DNA of 64,000 nucleotides from Octopus sinensis. Taxonomy: Eukaryota. The notes beneath the pieces are model-generated. The model saw only the letters and a list, made by a program, of their open reading frames with translations. It did no database searches and was not told the origin of the DNA. Each line of letters begins with the position of its first letter. Position 1 is the stretch's first letter. The stretch spans positions 55,366,001 through 55,430,000 of the forward strand of contig NC_043007.1 in the NCBI RefSeq assembly GCF_006345805.1. The letters run 5' to 3'. A program made the position numbers and the translations under genes. Shown one piece after another: positions 47,286-59,899 of this stretch.

Positions 47286-47363
47286 GCGGCTGAAGAAGGC
47301 CACAGACATACATTATGCATTGTTATAAATCTGTCTAATAAAGGCCCGAAACATATGTACCGC
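47286..47363 (+). ncRNA. Type I hammerhead ribozyme, probably within a PLE pLTR-like repeat (~47150-47470)
   Basis: gcgg-CTGAAGA-A-GGCC-[40 nt with acaga/tctgt stem]-GGCC-C-GAAAC-atat-GTA-ccgc: stem I gcgg/ccgc, palindromic stem III, GUA cleavage triplet at 47357-47359. Confidence 0.8.
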
Positions 47364-47472
47364 TGAATCCTTCGCATCATGTTTTTTTATTTTATTTTGA
47401 TCAATTTACTCCACCACCTACACCACCAAACGGTATACACAGGTGCTTATAATTATCAAGTACTCACCCCGA

Positions 47473-47503
<31 letters not shown>

Positions 47504-47539
47504 CCCACAAGTAAATAGATACATGTTGAGACAAGCTCG

Positions 47540-47820
47540 GAAATCGCGTGCAGAGTAAGAGCCGGGTGAAAGGCATTTGCCTCGATTAGAGATGAGCTCA
47601 CAGCACACCTGGACAAAAGGCCATGAAGAAGACCCATGCTCGGAATATTTTGGGGGAGCATGACCAAAACAAGGCAATTCAGAGCGAACAATGTGATTGC
47701 AGAATAACAAAAGCGCATGTTTCGCAAGGCCAGACTAGTCGCAATGCTCACAGACAATCGGTGGAACTATGAAATTGACGAGCGATGTGCAAGAGATCGG
47801 AGGAGACCATTTGTAAAATG
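47540..47820 (+). pseudogene. Old RTE-type LINE 3' fragment
   Basis: KAMKK..MLGI and ARLVAMLTDNRWNYEI.E...RDRRRP resemble RTE motifs RAMER.MLGI and GHVAR..DNRW....EW.PR..KRP. Confidence 0.5.
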
Positions 47821-49339
47821 GATATAGTCCAAATATTTAGATCTAAATGTAAGAGAACCGCGTAACCAAAGGAAAAATATAAGCACATTGAGACCAACGA
47901 TTCATAAGGATATCTTATAGCCTGGTCGATAGAACATTATACGTTCACAAGTACTCGTAGATGCATTCACATTTAAATATGCAAATATATATCTTTGGGG
48001 AGAATGCACAGAAGTTTTATAAACAGCAAAAGCGTCCTACCGTTCTTTCCCCCAGTAGCCTGCTTTTACTGTCCTTACCATTATTACATTGTGGAGCCTT
48101 GTCTTAATTAGACTAACGCTGCCTAGACATACATAAAACAGATATAATAGGTGTAGCACGCATACAAAAATATCGATTATGTAATACATGTGTCTGTAGA
48201 TTATATGTAGATTAAATTATAATCAAAAGTTGCCTAATTTTAAAGTCGGTAACGCGTGCGTTTAGTGCGCTTCGTGTAAATTTAAGCCTTTAGCTAAGTC
48301 GTCATATAAAGATAGATACAAGTATTTAGCTTACTTTGTCACGATACTTGTGACGTTATTAGGGACTTCATAAGAATCTGTGAGTGTGCAAGCCTATGCT
48401 CACATAACATCGCAACACAGTAAAAATATACTCGGAGTCATACGTATGAGTGCTTGTTTTGCTTTGTTCATGATAGTGTACTCACAATTTTTCCATGAAA
48501 ATCAAATTCTTATCAAACTATGACTCTATATAACGAATTATTAAAAGTTGTTTTACATCATTTGGTACAATGACGTCAGTGCACAAGCTATATCTGCCTA
48601 ACCGAGCTCAGGTTGCCGAAATAATGTCATTCGATTATAACAGCATATACAGAGTTGGTTCCTTCCGAAACACCAGTCTGTGATCTTAACAGACTGAATG
48701 AAAGACGACTCCATGTTGAATCGAACTGCACTCTTTTTTTCCTTCATTTCATTGTCTTTGTGCAAATGTAAGTTTTCTTTTGATTGTATTTCATTTAAAT
48801 TTTCGAATATGTTACAAAAAAAAGATGAAAAAGAAAATGTAAAAACGAAATAAAGTAATAAATAGATAGACGAGATGAAGAAGGAAGGAATGTAAGAATG
48901 AACGAACCAGAGCAAGAAGCTACTTAATTGCATATACCTGCGAATCCATTAAAGTAGTATTCTTTGTTAAATATCATAAAATTCATAGTTTATCTCGAAA
49001 TCTGAGATGCAAAGAATAAATAAAAAACAAAACAAAGAAAAAATTATTCATCGCTGAATCTACAAAGACAGAAAAAAACAGAAATTTCACCATATATACA
49101 CATGTAAACGCAAACATGATGAGTGTAACAGAAACTTATATCAAACCTGCAGCATACGTCTCTTATACAAATACATATACAAACAAGCTTACATACACTG
49201 CGCGCGGACGCGTGTGTATAAATACATATTTATATATGTATATATAAACAAGTACACATCTACATATATACACACAAACATAAACATAATAGTATACATA
49301 AATAATCATACAATTTCTCACACATATCCTAAATTAAAT

Positions 49340-49800
49340 ACTCTGTAATATGTGTGTATGCATATATCACACTCACACACGCACACACATACACACATAC
49401 AGAGAGATAGAGAGATACAGACAAAGACACACACACACACACATACACACACACACATATATATATATATATACTTATATATAGGCATGTGTGTAGATAT
49501 ATGTATGTATATATATATATACATACACATGCACATATATATATATATACATAAATATACATACACGTATATATACACACACACATGCATATGCGTACGC
49601 ACATATACTGCTTACATTCACGCAAATACACACATGTATGTAGGTAAGTGTGTATCTATGGGTGTGCTTCTCTTTGTGTGTGTGTGTGTGTGTGTATGTG
49701 TGTATGTGTATGAGTGTGTTTGTGTGTTTGTGTGTTTGTGTGTGTATGTGCGTGTTTGTGTATTTGTGTATGTGTGTGTGTGTGTGTGTGTATAAATGGA
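49340..49800. repeat. Compound (CA)n/(TA)n/(GT)n low-complexity tract
   Basis: Directly visible. Confidence 0.9.
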
Positions 49801-50045
49801 GGCAATGCATTGTGATATTCAATAGTTCATTGAGCTTGCTTTGAAATAATGAGTATTTCTTACTCGAAGAAATGTATTCAAATTTTCGGATGATAATGGA
49901 AATTTATTCATGTCATCGTTTCACCTCAAAAAGTAATATTAAAAAACCTGATACATTTAAATATCTAATTCTGCTTAATGGCAGTACAGTTAATTGGTTC
50001 CACTGAAAGAAATATCGTTTGTTGAAAATGACATAGTGACGGTAA

Positions 50046-50047
<2 letters not shown>

Positions 50048-50122
<75 letters not shown>
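50048..50122. repeat. (TATC)n microsatellite
   Basis: Directly visible; a second (TATC)n tract is at ~55947-56025. Confidence 0.97.
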
Positions 50123-50123
<1 letters not shown>

Positions 50124-50441
50124 ATAATCATGTCTTTCTCATATAAATAGTGTGAACGTACATACTTATACACGGACGCGTATATATATATATATATATA
50201 TATATATACGCACACACACTAACACATACACACACATGCGCTCGCACACACACACACATACGTACATAAATTTGTGTATTTATGTGCATATATATGTGTA
50301 TATATATCAGGGTATATATTTATATATATGTATATACATATATGCGTATTGTGCATGTATGTATGTATGTATGCACGTATTTATGCTTGCATGCATGCAT
50401 GTATGTATATATGTATGTATACATACATACATACTTATATA

Positions 50442-50511
<70 letters not shown>

Positions 50512-51854
50512 GAAATATCTGTTGGTTTTGATCTTAATGATCGTGGTTATTTCGTCAGCAGGCTCCAGCGTGTATTTGGTTAGTAGGATATTTTGAAAGA
50601 GTACTGTTGAATATTATTTCATCATCCAGTCAATGGGAAAATTGGCGGAACCTTAGCTTGTTTGATGATGTTAGGTACTCTATAACTCCAATCTATGTAA
50701 CAATACCAGCGGCATATGTCACACAATGAAGAAATTTAACAAATGAAAATGAATAAATATTCCATATTTGAATTCATGCTACAAATGTTTCAGCAGCCTA
50801 TCAATTTATTTGTATATAATATGATATTAGGTAACACAATTTTCATTATTTTATATGCCAATTAGCAGCCATTTTATCAAGCGACATGAACTATTGGTTG
50901 ACAAAATTGGTCTACGAAGAATTCGATCCTTGAAATAATTGGAGGAGTTCATCTTACTCTCATCAATTGTAGGCTGGAGTCAAATTAGGAACACTCAATC
51001 ACTGACTGTTTATTTCTTAATTATGCTTTTTCGATGGGAATTTATTTTACCCTTTAATTTTACACACCCGCAAACACACGCACACACACACCACATATCT
51101 GATTGTTTATCACATTCTTATAGCCCTATTTTATTGGTATTAATTTGTTTTAAGAAAAACTTTTCTTTGCCTCAAATATTGTCAATAACATGTCAAATAG
51201 TTCTTATTGTCTTAGATATGATAGTCGGTAAACGTCAACACTCTAATGCCAGTAGATATTAGGTACCCTGATTCTATAGAATGTGGCAGAATTGATATCT
51301 GTTCACTCGAAGCTGCTATTAACATTGGAGTACTATTGAAGAGGGCCGGTACTGGGTGATTTGTGGATCGATAACTGGTGACTTGTAGATAGTGTGCGGA
51401 GACATCTCGTTTGTGCTGGTTAGAGAATCTAGAATTAACGGAATATGGAAATTTATGCGGGTATCAGCAGAGGTTTATAGAAGATGCTAACGGCCAATGA
51501 GTTGCAGTTAAACACGATGCTAGCAGTAGCTGCATATTTAGATCACGTATAAATTTTAGCTTTAGACAGTGAATATATATGGGGTAAAACTCCACAAGAT
51601 AATATTAACAGCTAAAACTTTGAAGATAGTCGAGAAGAAAGCAGAATATTATGTTTCTTAGTTTCAACGTCTTTCCCATTTTCATCATCATTCACCCTTC
51701 AAACTTCTCGTGTTGTTCACTTCGTTACAATCTTTTATAGAACCATTCCTATTACAAGAATGGGTCTAGAAACGACGACAAAAAATTATTTTGCCTGTAA
51801 AAAAAATGTACCATATTTAAACAAATATACTAAATATTATGTCCTTGATTCATT

Positions 51855-52068
51855 GTTATTTTCTACTCAAGGCACAAGGCCAGAAATTTTGGGCGAGGGA
51901 GACTGTCGATTAGATCGACCCCAGCACGCAACTGCTACTTAATTTATCGACACCAAAAGGAAGAAGGGCAAAGTCAACCTCGGCGGAACTTGAATTCAGA
52001 ACGTAAGAACAAACGAAATACCTCTACAGATTTCGCCCGGCGTGCTAACGTTTCTGCCAGCTCGCTGC
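51855..52068 (-). mobile_element. Nin-like tRNA SINE, near full length
   Basis: Minus strand gcagcgagctggcagaaacgttagcacgccgggcgaaat...gttctgaattcaagttccgccgaggttgactttgccc...gtcgataaattaagtagcagttgcgtgctggggtcgatctaatcgac. Confidence 0.88.
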
Positions 52069-52492
52069 ATTAATTTCCTTGATTCACTATTGAATTCTAA
52101 CAATATTTTATACTGCTAGATGCAGCTAGTGACGAAAATTGGCTAACTATATTGTATCAATGATTACCAACTAGGTGCCTCTCTTATGTAGTTCAGCTTG
52201 CTACAAATATGATAGAAATTTTCTTTATATTACTTCCTGTTATCTCAAAAAGCTAGATAGGCTCATTGGATTATGCATTGGAGATAAGCTCTATCTGAAT
52301 ATAAGCCAGAATGCTTACAGCTTGATCACCTATAATCATAGTCCTGTTCTTAATAACATGTTATGTGAATATTTAAAATTTATTAGTTATGACACACAGC
52401 AATCCAGTAACAGGATTCGAACTTCTAACTCCTCTCTTGGCTGTCATTTTCTGTATTAACTAAGCAGTATGCATTTCTGGCTAACAATACAA

Positions 52493-52620
52493 TCTGAGAT
52501 TCCGTCGAGGTTGACTTTGCCTTTCATCCTTTCGGGGTCGATTAAATAAGTACCAGTTACGCACTGGGGTCGATGCAATCGACTTAATCCCTTTGTTTGT
52601 CCTTTCTATATTTAGCTCCT
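52493..52620 (+). mobile_element. Nin-like SINE, 5'-truncated
   Basis: gattccgtcgaggttgactttgcctttcatcctttcggggtcgattaaataagtaccagttacgcactggggtcgat. Confidence 0.85.
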
Positions 52621-52772
52621 GAAAGAGAGAGAAGAGGGAGTGAGAGAGTGAGAGAGAAAGAGGGAGAGACAGAGAAACGAAGAGAAAGAGAGAGAGGGAG
52701 AGAAACGAAGGGAAAGAGAGAGAGGGAGGGGGAGAGAGAGGGAGAGAGAAAGGAAGCTTCAGTGTTATAGCA

Positions 52773-52801
52773 TCTGTATATATAAAAGGCAGGATGTGTG
52801 T

Positions 52802-52843
<42 letters not shown>

Positions 52844-53324
52844 ATGAATGTAATTTATGCACGTCCACAAATTAGCACGTATGTCGCTCCAATTTTAGGA
52901 GGACATTCGTCACGATCCCAGCTGTATTTTCGTCAACTTATTTTTTCCAGAGGCACCAGCGAATAGCAGTAAAAATAAATTTTCAACTAAAACTTTTAAC
53001 AATTTTCAAGTCGGAGAAATCACCATTGTTTGCAAACAAGAGTTAAGTACCCTTCTAGCGAAGTGTTTTGTTGATATACGGGCAACACACACACAAACAC
53101 ACGAACATGTATGCATACAAAAGCATGTATGCAATAGGTTTACGTACGTACGTGTGTGTGTTGCTCATATATATATGTAATATTTTATATGATAGAGTCG
53201 TGAAATTTCAACGGATTTCACCCAAATTTGACGTCGATGTTACTGAGTTTGGTTTGAAATAAAGAAACTTGATTAGCTTAATAATCCTAACTTAATCCCG
53301 GGCAAAGCCGGGTTATACTGCTAG
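52773..53324 (+). mobile_element. Complete non-autonomous Helitron (552 bp)
   Basis: 5' A|TC start (tctgtatatataaaaggcagg) followed by a (GT)n tract; subterminal hairpin CCCGGGCAAAGCCGGG at 53297-53312; 3' CTAG|T at 53321-53325; no TSD. Confidence 0.88.
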
Positions 53325-54212
53325 TTACAGATAAAACCGTTTCTTTCTTACCTTAAGATTAACTGTGAAGTGGAATGAAATAGCTGTTACAAATGGGAAC
53401 CTTAAGTGTGTTACGGTTGCCTGCATTGAAAATTTGCCTCTGCATGTACGGCCCTGGCATGTCATCGTTCATTCAATAATTACGCTAATTATCATCAAAT
53501 CCAGTTCAAATAAGGAACAAAATAACCCCATTAAATATGTTAGTGAGCTAAAAAGAAAAATGGTTCAGGTATATTTAAAGGAAGAAGGAAGAGAAAAAGA
53601 AAGAAGAAGAATTTTTAAGATTTGCATTGTAAAATGTTTTGGTTTTAATGGGTAACTAGATGTATATTCGTCCTACAGGAACAACTTCACAGGAAAATAC
53701 AACAACCCTGCGAGATATTTATTAATTGAACCTAGCAATAATGGATGTACTTAAAATCAAAATACAATTTAGGTCAGCAGTCAAAAGCAAAGATATAAAA
53801 GAAATGATGCATAACGAATGAGATACACTACACCAAAAACAGAGCAAAAATTGCAGCATAGGCGCACAAAATGAAGTTTATTGTGGTCTGATTGAAAGCA
53901 GAAAAGATGTGATTTCTTAGAACAACGACGTACACAGCAAATGATTTAATGACATGTACAGCGAAGGTTGCACTCTGGATATTTTGATACTAATTGTTTT
54001 GTAATGATGAAACACTGAACATGGAAAATATGAGCTATGATCTCTTCATCTGTGTGTATTGAAACAGAAATACGCACACATACATACAAACACGTAAGTA
54101 TATATACACTCTCACAGCTACATAATACAGACTTACAATTCTCTCTTAGTACATGACCATCCATATCGAGTTAATATCCACACACAGACATACATAAACG
54201 CACACACATGCC

Positions 54213-54256
<44 letters not shown>

Positions 54257-55946
54257 ATATATATATAGACACAAACATGACGTGTTAATAGAAACAAGCT
54301 TATATAAATATAAGTATATATGTATTATGTATTATAATGCTGAATACGCTAGTCTGTGTATGAGTGTGTGGATACGTGTGTGTTCGTATGCATCACACAA
54401 CGATCTATATGGTTTACCATATAGGGTTTAAGGTAGCAGAAACTGCTTAGTAAGAATCAATAAATGCCGATAATATAAAGTTTCGGCAGCAAAATCAAAG
54501 CTTGTTTTTCGTTCAATTGCAAAAAAACAAAAGAAAAGCCATTCTGAATATTTATAGGAAAGCTTGAATAAATGCTGGCTGAACCCAAGTGATGTGAAAC
54601 CAAGCTCTGTTGGTTCGATTTCTTGGAAGCATCATCTGACATTTTATTCATTTAATGTTTTATTTTCCTCACCCAGCGTGTTTCATGTTATTTTATCATA
54701 ATATTGTTTTATGCTCCTTAAATTCACAAGAGAATAGGAAACCGAAATATGCTCGCTTATATTCTGAAACATCTTAACCGATATTAATGAAAGTTTCTTT
54801 TTGCTATTTAGTTATGTGTTTCGACGCCATGTTGAGATTCCAGACAACTGTAGAATATGTTGTAAAAAAAACATTGTACATATGATATTCAATGTTGTTT
54901 AATGTGGTTTGGCGTTGCATGGTATAATATTGATTGCTTGCTTTTGCTATATTCAATCATATTTTCTTAAAAGATGTGGTTATGTAAAATGAAATGGTCA
55001 ATATAGTAGTGTATGGGAGACAGGATTGCTGCTTAGCATCTTAGAGTAATGATGTATGATACGACATAATAAGTGATGTAATATTTTATGATATGATTGA
55101 GTCGTGAAATTTGATATCTTACAATGTTTGTGATATCTTATAATGTTTCACTAGTGTACATTACAAAATCTCGTTGTATACATACAGCACCAAACTATAA
55201 CATATCACATAACATTAAACAATAAAGAATACACAAGGTGATGTTGTATGGTATGTCACTTCCTTTTTTTGGACAGTGGTTAGTTTGAATCTCCTCACTG
55301 CTGGTGTGTATGCATATCGTGTTTGCAGGAGTAATATAGTTAAAAAGAAAAGAAACAATATCATAGAGTGGGACATGATCTATGAAGATATCGTGTGTAG
55401 AGTGGAATGATCTTACATAAGAATCGTTTTGAATGGAATATCAGCAAGGATTCATGACAATGATGCAGTTAAATTTGGTATGATAACTTTAATCAATCAT
55501 AAAGAAAAGATCGTAATACACCTGGAACCTGGAATTTTTAACAAGTTGGATTTTGTCACAAAAAGTAATTTATACGAGAAAATCGATACATTTTTTTCTT
55601 TTTAAAAGAGAATATAATCATAACTTTCTGAAATTATATATATATAAAAAAAATCATATTCTGAAAACTAAAGGTTCAAATTTTTATGATATTGGGATAG
55701 AAACCACAGTTGCGTTAAAATTAATATAAAAATATAAATATGTTTAAAAATATAAAATATAAATAGTAAATTAGAAAGGATATGAAGTTTAACAAGAGTT
55801 TTGAAGACCATATTAATTATTTTCTTTCTTTCTTTGCCTTTATTCTATCAGTCATAATTAATGACTAACGCATTCATCACAATTGTCAGATATTGTGCTA
55901 GGCTCACATGCACTTGTGTGTGTATGTCTGTATGTATGTGTGTGTA

Positions 55947-56025
<79 letters not shown>

Positions 56026-56569
56026 ACACACATATACAAACACGCGTGTGTGTGTGTGTCTGTGTGTATATACACACACACACTTACATACGTTTGCGTA
56101 TATGTGCATTGAGTAAAAAGCATGCACACTGCTATATGAAAAATAGAGAGATGAAATAGTTTACATGTCAACTATATCGATGTTTAACTGTCATTGCTTC
56201 TGGCGAATGATGAAAAGATAATTGAAGATCTGATAAAATATAGTAGGCAAATTAAATCAACGTAAAATAAGTGAGAAAGAGAGAATGAGAGAGAGAATTA
56301 GAGAGAGAGAGAGAGAGAGAGAGAGGAAGAGGGATAGGGAGTGAGAGAAAGAGAAACGGAAATGAAGTTGTCTGGAAATAGTGTAGTGTGCGGGAATGGC
56401 ACTTGAAAGATTGACTGATTAGTCAATAAGATGTCATTTGACGGATGCGCGTATATAATCATTTCACAAGAAAGATCTCTATCACACACACTCGCATGTA
56501 TATGTGCTCACACACACAACAACAACAACAACAAAGACAACAACCTCCACACACATCTTTTATCATTTA

Positions 56570-56760
56570 CTTCTTTCAGTCATTGGACTGCGGCCATGCT
56601 GGGACAACACCTGTAAGGGTTTCATCAAATAAATCAATCTCCTGTATTTATTATATCTAATACTTAATCTATAGGACATTTTCAATGAATCGCTAAGTTA
56701 CGGGGATATAAATAAACCAACACATATTGTCAAGCGGTGAGGCGGACAAATAGAAAGACA
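56570..56760 (-). mobile_element. SINE-like repeat, same family as 44205-44392
   Basis: tttcagtcattggactgcggccatgctggg...cgctaagttacggggatataaataaacc...gtcaagcggtg. Confidence 0.7.
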
Positions 56761-57929
56761 CAATATATAATTACATTAATATATACACATGCATATGTGT
56801 ATGTGCACTTTCACACACACACACGCACACAAGCACACATATAGAATGAATATATACCCATCCATAGATACATACATACATATATATATAGGCAAACACG
56901 TACACATATGGGTATATTATGGTTACAGCGAAACGGAGAATACTCCTTGATTTTGTCATTTGAAAATTGGTCAAAGCAGTTAGTCATCCCAATTAATTTA
57001 TTCTGAAGTGTCTCAAAATATAGAATAAGTAGATTTAACAGAAAACAACACGCAAGTGTCCCTCTTCCATACAAGTAAATGCAAATATGTATCTTGAATA
57101 TATATGTTTGTGTATGAGTTTGCGTGTGTGCTTGTGTGTGCTTGTTTGCTTGTTTGTGTGTGTATGTGTGTGTGTGTGTGTGTGTGTTGTGTGTGTGTGT
57201 GTGGGGGGGGGGTAATATTTTGAATCTAAGGGAAGTACTAAGAATCTGCGGGGGCAATATAAGAAGTAGTGGTTACAGTAAATCCATAAGAGATTGTAGA
57301 TATCAGTCCATTCAGTTGCGATGGGGAACTGAGAAATCTGATGTTTTGAATTATTGTGTTTCAATAGTGAGTTCTTTCTCTTATTTGATTGACGGAAGTA
57401 GGAATAATAAAAAAAATGGTAGGGGTAAACAATAGACGACAAATCATCGCAGTTAATGAAAATTGGAGACTGTGAAGTGAGGTCATATTTATTCCCACTT
57501 AAACCTGGATGTTCTGTTGGAACAAACTATACTACAGTAGATATCATGAGAGAAACTATCATATTGGCTTTGTTTATATCGTTAGCGGGAGACAAATCCC
57601 CACCGCCCTCGGGGCCCAGACCACCAGATCGCGTGATTTCGACCTTCTTTGGTCCTGTCGATTGCTAGAGATAGTAGTGATTCACCTACCCGCCAGTGAT
57701 ATATAGAACAACAGTACCAGAACAGGCATTGGTTTCGCAAATAGCCAGTGTGAGAGAAGTAGTGTGGTCTTTACATCTAAGTCTCTCTTGGCCCTTCCTC
57801 TCACCACATCTCTGTCACTCTCTTCTTGACTCTCTCATTTACTAAGGTTACCCCCTTGTCCACATCTTGTCTCTATCATTTAAGGCCTTCATTTCTTTCT
57901 TACTTTTGCATGCTAATCATTAAGAAGTC

Positions 57930-58200
57930 GCCACTGAAATATCTTAGTGCAGAACTTCCATTTACTCTACCCCGCGCATCAGCTATACTTGTTCACCCCT
58001 AACAGCCTCTCTTATAGCTCCATATATAGAAATTTATCAACCGTCGTTAATTTTAAAAGATTCCAAGCACCGATAGAAATCTTTGCAAATGAAGACCGTA
58101 CCACGTATCTCATCTTTCATGGAGTTGTACCTACACTCACTTCACAGTCTCCAACTTTCATTCACTGCAGGATTTTGGAAATCTTTGTAATTGAATTATT
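57930..58200 (-). pseudogene. Possible relic of an APE endonuclease N-terminus (RTE-like LINE)
   Basis: Minus strand SIGAWNLLKL resembles the IGTWNVRTL start of APE domains; very decayed. Confidence 0.3.
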
Positions 58201-59899
58201 TCCCAACACACATCCTCACAATTGCTCTGTCGACGCAGACCATCACTACATTCCTTGAATCTAGAAGTATTCATCTAATTTATGCATTTTTAATGTTCAT
58301 GTTTTTGAGGTGAACTGGGTTACATATTACAGCGTCGGATTAAATGATTTCTGATATTTGTTATGGCGCTTGGTGTTTTCAGTTCAAATCCTGCCTATGC
58401 CAATTTTGGCTTTCATTCTTCGCGATTGATAAGAAGATACAAGTCAAGGGCAATGTTTAACCAAGCTACATTGACCGTTGCCTTTTTCATTTGGTCAACA
58501 TTGGTAGCGTGGAAAAAGGGAGATTTGGTTCCACTTGCAGCTGATAGTCTTAAGTATCTGGGCTAGTCTGAGGGTGGACTTACACCGACTTGATTCTTTG
58601 CTAGGAACTTTCCAGGGATGAGTCTGTTGTTCCAGGAGACAGGTACCAGATAATTACGTGATTGTAAGGCTCAGTAAAGCAGTATATGCTTCCAAGTAGA
58701 AAATGTATTGTTGATAATTCTCTGAGAAAAGCTTTAGATCTATTTCACACAAGTATAAAAATTAACGCCATACACCGAATTTGCCTGCTCCCAAACACTT
58801 CGAGATGCCTCTTTGGTAAGATTAAAAATCATTATTGAACCAAGTGCAGAGTATTGTCGCTGTACACTTGCGACGGAAGCTTTTCAAAGTCAACTGTATG
58901 TCTATTATTACTTATTCGTAATTATTGATTTTCTAATTTGATCAAAATTTTATTGATTCGTTTGTTGCTGTAGCATAAAAATAAGTCAACACGTGATCAA
59001 AAATGCGTACATCACATTTTTATCCAAGTTACATTGTATCTCTTGTATGGTAACTATAAACCTTGTTTATAGCATTGGTATTAAATCTGCTCTCGTTCAG
59101 AATGCGCTCAGAAATATTTCAAGACGGATTTACCTGAAAGTCAAAGTAGCCTTAATCTACATTCTCTTTGATGACCTTACATGAAAACTTACATTTTGTT
59201 TTACAATTAATGACGTCAAGCAACAGTCAGTGGAAGAATTTGTGAATCAGGGTTTTCTTTTCTACCAACCGACCAATCCAAAATTGAAAGCATACTGCTT
59301 TTATGTGACTGACAATTTGTTTTTGGAAGAGAATTTACAGGAAGCTCAATGTATGTTTCACATTGGAACCCTTAATTCTTCACTGGGTCTACACCATTTT
59401 GAAGGTGTTGAGGTGTGGGAAGAAGTTTGATCCTTCAACATTGATTAGATGGGTGGTGAAGTGTAACTTCCAAGTATGCAGCTCATAAAACTACTGATAT
59501 TTCCATTCAGGATCCATCGTCATTTTCTTGTTTGGCTGTGCATGTCGATGTGTTTTTGACATTTATTCACATTACCATTAGTCTGAAGTCGAACGCAAGG
59601 ATAAACCTTCCATTGATTACCGGTTGAATTATTTACTTTTCTACCGATGGACTATGTTCTGGTTCCAAACCGATTGTGATTTTTCATTAGAGAAGCAAGG
59701 TATACATTTAACTAAAGAAGCATTCCAAACTTGTGAGACTAATACTGATGCAAGTAACCAATTCCTATTTATTTTAGCGAAACAATCGTATTAAACCATC
59801 GTTGTTCATTTAGGATTTTTTTTATATGGGAGAAATAAATGTCCTCCTCCTGTAATGTAATTAAGCACAAACAAGTTTTGTTATAGAACTATTTAGACA

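Noticed and set aside
48598-48933. 111-aa minus-strand ORF ending at a possible G|GTAGGC donor
   Set aside because: No convincing acceptor, a low-complexity N-terminal half and no recognisable domain.
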